Below, one piece after another: positions 59,274-64,000 of a DNA stretch of 64,000 bases. Each line of letters begins with the position of its first letter. The first letter of the stretch is position 1. Below the pieces are notes generated by a model that did no database searches, had not been told where the DNA came from, and was given only the letters and a program-made list of their open reading frames with translations. A program made the translations under genes and the position numbers. The DNA comes from Kudoa neothunni. Taxonomy: Eukaryota > Animalia > Cnidaria. The stretch covers positions 28,377 through 92,376 of the forward strand of contig OZ199839.1 in assembly GCA_964304625.1 (NCBI GenBank), in the 5' to 3' direction.

Positions 59274-60253
59274 ATGCAAATAGAGTTTTCCCAGCTTCTT
59301 CGTTTGATTTGTACCTGTGGTTCGATTCTTGTATTCGCATCTGGATTGTAAGTGAAATCACAATGTGTTATCATGAAACCGAATACATGATAGCTATTTG
59401 AGTTGTGACTGAATATTTACTTATTAATTTAGACCGTTAGTGTATGATACTGTGTATGGAAGAGTGCCGAGTTTTTCACATTTTAAAACATTTCTTATTG
59501 GGTTTCTAAGGTAGCGGTTTTGGTTGCGGGCGTGTTGAATTTGACCTTGGTATTTAGTTGCGGGGTTTGGTTGATATACGGTCACACAATACAAGATGAG
59601 ACAGTGTTGATGGTCAATCTACTTGGAACAATACTCTACATGAGTTATTGTTTAGTGTATGTAGTATTCACCGTGGATGCGGTTGACAAAGTGAGAATTT
59701 TTTGAATATTACATGTTGATAAGATCGATGATGATGATGATAATGATAATGATGATAATATTTAGGGCAGACGAGTTAATTTGATAATTGTAGTTGTTGT
59801 GGCGTTGTTATTATTTTTTACATATGCAGCCGTTTTCAAGGCACATAGCAAATCAACCATTGGATTGTTTGCTGATTTTCTATCCACTCTTTTTTATATA
59901 TCGCCTATAATTGAATTGGTGTGTGAATGACTTAGTTTGTTTGACGTTGATACTTATACGTAAATTGATTTCTAGAGAAAATATTTTAAAATCCAATCAA
60001 ATGAAGGCCTATCTTTTTATCTTTCAACCACTGTATTTATGTCGTCATCATTTTGGATAATTTTTGGTCTCTATCTTAGAGATATATTCATATTGGTAAT
60101 TGAATTTCATGTGTACCGATTGTTCCGTGCAATTTTGAGTGAATATTATTGTTATAGGTACCATCGTTGGCTGGCGTATTATGTGGAGTTTTAGAGTTGT
60201 ATGTTCTTTATAGATTTTCTCAACCAACCACTTTTCCTATAATTAAAGTTTAA
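59274..60253 (+). CDS. SLC50A1: SWEET (MtN3/saliva) sugar transporter, 6 exons
   Basis: Spliced reading: MQIEFSQLLRLICTCGSILVFASGLP...CGVWLIYG..IQDETVLMVNLLG...IGLFADFLSTLFYISPIIELRNILKSNQNEGLSFYLS...FWIIFGLYLRDIFILVPSLAG...FPIIKV*. Two MtN3 repeats, 7 TM. Confidence 0.9.
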
Positions 60254-60338
60254 TTTTTATTTTTTTGCGCATCCAATACACTAGATGACAATAATACTTT
60301 TATTGCTCGCCGGTAGATTAAAATTCTGAATGTATCGA

Positions 60339-61101
60339 TCAATTTCTGTAAAATTTTGCATAAATTTCCAATCTAATCACATCATTCTCCAACGTGTCTA
60401 TCGGGTACACATTAATGTTTGATGTGGGCTCGTGGTCGGGGGAAGGATCGAATGCTTCTTCAAATGCAACCCAATTATTCATTGTAGTTTCATTGTAGTT
60501 ATTGTTATCAATTCGTGCTATATACGTGAGAGCATTATTTTTAACCTCCAAACAACTATTATCAACTACACATCTCAATGTTTAACTCTTCGTTGGTTGG
60601 CATGGTCAAATCTCTACTGCTTGGTAACACTTTGGCAAACACATTAAAAGTGGTAGACCCATTGTGCATGTGAACCGTCGATAGAGCGTGCTTATCAGCT
60701 CCACAAACAACACTATTCAGGGAGGTGACGACACGAACAAATCTCGCCAACTCTTGATCCATAATTGAGTCGTTGGTGGAATTCCGATGAGCAAATCTCA
60801 TTAAATTCATCACATACATTTCTTTAAATGTTTTATTCGCAGAGTCCGCAATGACTAATTGTATAGAAACTATTGTTTGGTCAACAACGAAACGTCTAAA
60901 TCCTTTTAAACAATTGTTGATAAATTGACAAATCTCGGGACATATTTGTTGGTTGAGGGTGGGAATTTTCAAATTGGTCCCACGATGGGAGACGAAATGG
61001 AAAAAACTCGTATCACACACTGAACGACTGTAAAGTAACACATTGATTATTGCGTAAATTAGTTGGATAAGAGAATCAATAGGATCGATTTGTCGGCGCA
61101 T
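60339..61101 (-). CDS. MAD2L2: HORMA-domain protein, REV7/MAD2L2-like, 2 exons
   Basis: LIYAIINVLLYSRSV...F, CPEICQFINNCL, IQLVI...KEMYV, TFNV, then a 52-nt intron (60518-60569), then NWVA...VYPIDTLENDVIRLEIY. This parallels the REV7 pattern ILYVREVYP / HPELNQYI / TFTV / PW / IPLKTM..DILKMQLY. Start at 61101 or at the upstream in-frame ATG 61194. Confidence 0.8.
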
Positions 61102-61214
61102 CACAGCTAAAAATTCCCTGTCGAATTTGGTACTGCGTAACGCGTAGTTTATCGACACCAGCCGAAAATTACAAGGAGGTGGTTTCGTCCGCATGTATGC
61201 ATGTATGCATGTGT

Positions 61215-62676
61215 GGTAATGGTAAAGTAGGTGACTTTAGAATAACACCGTCTTGCGTCCGTTTTTTTCTCGTTTTTTCTTTTACGATTATCAATAATAA
61301 GTCAAAAGAATGCTGAGCTCGACCAAATTACTCCGAAATTTTTGTTTAGTTCCTGTTCGACTACAGTGGGATACAAGTGTAATCCACATCGTTTTCCAAT
61401 AAACACCGAAAAATTGCTGATTAATCGCTTATTTTATCCTAATTAATATACTATAACGATTTTTTAAATTTTATTAATATTTACATACCAAAGTTAGTGT
61501 AGTAAACTTTCTAAATAAGCTTGTCTATTATTAAGAAATAATGTATCTTTATTTCTAAATGTCAAATTAACTTTTAAACCATTTAGTAACATATATAATT
61601 GTTTATTTTAGTTTATAAATTTTTATTAGTACATTATTATTAGTGATGTAATTTTTATACATCAATTATTTGCGAAATTGAAACCAACGATAATTATATT
61701 AATCGTACGTTGATATTTTTGTTTATAAAATCGAAGAATAGCAATAATTTTAAAATAATTCAATATGTATTTTATTTATTTGAAGAACTTTTACAAATAA
61801 TAAATTTGTATATTTATTTTTTAAATACAACTAATGAACGTTACGAAATTATTTATTTATTTATTTATTTATTGTGATAAAATACTTGTTTTTATCACAA
61901 TAATGTTGTACTATTGCTATAGTAAATAGTTAAACTTTGAAATGAAATCATTTATAATTTTAATCTCTATGTTACGCTAAAATCATTCTTTGCAAGGACT
62001 ATCATGCTCTTAACGCGCAGTTAAAATGTTACGCAATGTACTGGACGTACCGGTTAGTTTAATGAAGATTTACTCGTTCAGATTTTCTTACAAATTTTAA
62101 TATAGCATTTTCTAAATGAATATATGTTTTATTATCGTTAGTTAGTTAGTTAGTTTGTTAGTTTGTTAGTTTGTTTGTTTGTTTATTAAACTAACGAAAG
62201 TCATATTAGAGAAAAAAATACCGTTTCAAGGGGAACACACTAGTTTTACACCTTAACTTCCTCAAGTAGTTATTCCTCAGAAGATAAGTAATTTTTACAA
62301 CTGTAAATGAAGGAATAATCAATGTAATTTCGCTTTTTTTAAAGTAAAGGTTTCAAAATTAAAACATCTTTTTGTAGCTGCATTTAGGTAATTCTTTGTT
62401 ACTAATTTGAAAAATAACCTATCATGATCATTAAATAAACACAGAAAAATTTAATACCGTTTTTATTAAAAATAATATAAAATAGAAATTTTGAATAATT
62501 CGCGAAATAAATAATAAGCTATTTTTTGGTTTTTATTGCATAACCATGTGAATTACACATGTATCCTATTTGCACTCAGTATTCATTTGATTTATTATTG
62601 ATAACCGTAGGTGAAAAAACGAGAAAAAATGGACGCAAAATGATGTTTTACCGGAGTCACATACTTTACCATTACC
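61215..62676. mobile_element. Merlin-type non-autonomous element (~1.46 kb, ~110-bp TIRs)
   Basis: TIRs ggtaatggtaaagtaggtgact...ttgcgtccgtttttttctcgtttttt and their rc at ~62570-62676; 8-bp TSD gcatgtgt (61207-14) / gcatgtgc (62677-84). GGTAA fits the GGNRM Merlin terminus; the interior is AT-rich and non-coding. Confidence 0.88.
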
Positions 62677-62772
62677 GCATGTGCTACAACTTATAATTTA
62701 TAAATTAACAATAGAAATTTCTGTTGCAGATTAAAATTGATTTTCATCGAATTTAATTGTCAATTCTTTTAG

Positions 62773-62856
62773 AATGTTTCGACGATTATTTTTCAGAAGA
62801 CTCTTCGGTCATGCTCGCTTTGCGGATTTTTATTGAAAAGGGTGTGGAAAGTGAAG
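62773..62856 (+). CDS. Candidate isolated exon, RhoGAP-domain-like
   Basis: ttttag acceptor, gtaaat donor, 84 nt, phase 1-1, reading CFDDYFSEDSSVMLALRIFIEKGVESE(G). Resembles the RhoGAP 'I.FIE..G..SEG(IYR)' start; the rest would lie beyond the window. Confidence 0.3.
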
Positions 62857-63379
62857 GTAAATTGAGAGTTTTTTTGGTTAAATTAATTAATTAATTTTGA
62901 AAGCATAGATGAGAATATTGTCCATAAATATTGCAATAAACACATTCGTTGAGATAGAATAGAGTTAACCTTTGGCTGATGGCTAATAGCTGGCTAACCC
63001 ACCTTTATACTGTAGTGTATGGATGTAACGCAGAAATTGGGAAGATGAAAACCACTGCGTTGCGTCCATTTTAGCGCTGGACACATTTGAATTGCGCATG
63101 CGTTAGAAGAAAAATAACAATGTTCAATCGATAATATAATCAATAATAATTTAATTTGAAGCAAAAAATAACGTGAAGGCCATTTGTTATTAAAATAAGA
63201 GTGTATATTTTTGTTCTGAAAAATTGTTCAAATATTGAGTCAGAGTCAGTCATTTTAAGTTCGGTTTATATAGTAAAGCATTGACAACCTTTTATTTAGA
63301 AAGAGTAGCCTGACTTTCTCCAATTAATATAGTTACTCTTGGTTTGATATAATAACTTTATCAATATAATCAGAGTTGT

Positions 63380-63900
63380 CCACTGTGCTGCTTTCAAGAG
63401 TTTCTTCAATAGGGTTTGTTAATTCTAGTGATTTTCCCCCTTCAATCGGCTCAATTTTGCCATGTTTAAATTGATCATCATCAGGAACATCATAGGAATC
63501 ATCATTTAATGGATTTTCTGAGAGGAAAATTGATTTCCTAAAGCAGTTAACTATGGTTTCCGTTTTAGTATATTCTCATAATTTTATCGTCGAATAAATA
63601 ACATCTAAGATATTAGTTAGAATGTAGCCACAATCTAGAAATTCGATCTGATGTATAAATGACGTAATAAGATTTCTTTTGTGCATCATTTTAAAACTTT
63701 AACAATTCCATGATCCGGTGGCTGAAGCACATTGGTTATAATGGTTATGTTCGAAGAAAAGTAGCAGTGTTATATTAGACAAATATTTTATTGACAAATA
63801 TTTCCATCGCTTGCAACTTAGCATCTTTGTTATATGATGGTGAACTCGTAAAACCTTATAATTTCGAGGTTTTTGCAAAGTTCAGATTAAGCTCTGCGCT
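63380..63900 (-). pseudogene. pogo/Tigger DDE_1 transposase pseudogene (C-terminal half)
   Basis: Minus strand SNITLL.F...VLQPPDHGIVK/FKMMHKRNLI...NILDVIY...TKTETIVNCFRKS matches the pogo QP.D.GII..FK and TI.NCF.K motifs; frameshifts present. Confidence 0.8.
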
Positions 63901-64000
63901 CGGGCCATTTCTGCGTTAAAACCATACAGTAAGTTTCCAACCCTAATATTTTGTTGAAAACCAATTATTTATTGACAAATTATCTATTTTTTATTGAACT

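Overview
AT-rich eukaryotic, almost certainly animal, genomic DNA. Genes have many short (~45-70 nt) GT-AG introns and are separated by islands of decayed transposons. The proteins are strongly diverged, suggesting a fast-evolving invertebrate, possibly a parasite such as a myxozoan; the taxon cannot be fixed from sequence alone. Eight spliced genes were reconstructed by hand: EFTUD2/Snu114 (-, 24 exons), two tandem non-canonical class-A GPCR paralogs (+), a syntenin-like tandem-PDZ gene largely missed by the ORF track (-), an ATP7-type Cu(I) P1B-ATPase (+), USP14/Ubp6 (+), a SWEET transporter (+) and a REV7/MAD2L2-like HORMA gene (-). There is also a possible RhoGAP-like exon near the right end. 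Mobile DNA includes a full-length dead piggyBac, a Merlin (IS1595-like DDE) pseudogene with a hAT MITE inside its TIR, a TIR family with 9-bp TSDs, a Merlin-type MITE with an 8-bp TSD, three non-autonomous Helitrons, a tRNA-derived SINE, and pogo, hAT and MULE remnants. The best leads are: (i) the GPCR pair, which lacks DRY, NPxxY, D2.50 and C3.25 and may have a re-wired disulfide; (ii) a TGCG(C)-core motif about 20-30 nt before several start codons, including an identical 14-mer at USP14 and REV7; (iii) very weak 5' splice sites, concentrated in the Snu114 gene; (iv) a GC-rich multi-hairpin element at 38.2 kb. No CRISPR array, rRNA or intact tRNA was found. All calls come from manual reading and recalled family motifs; no searches were run.
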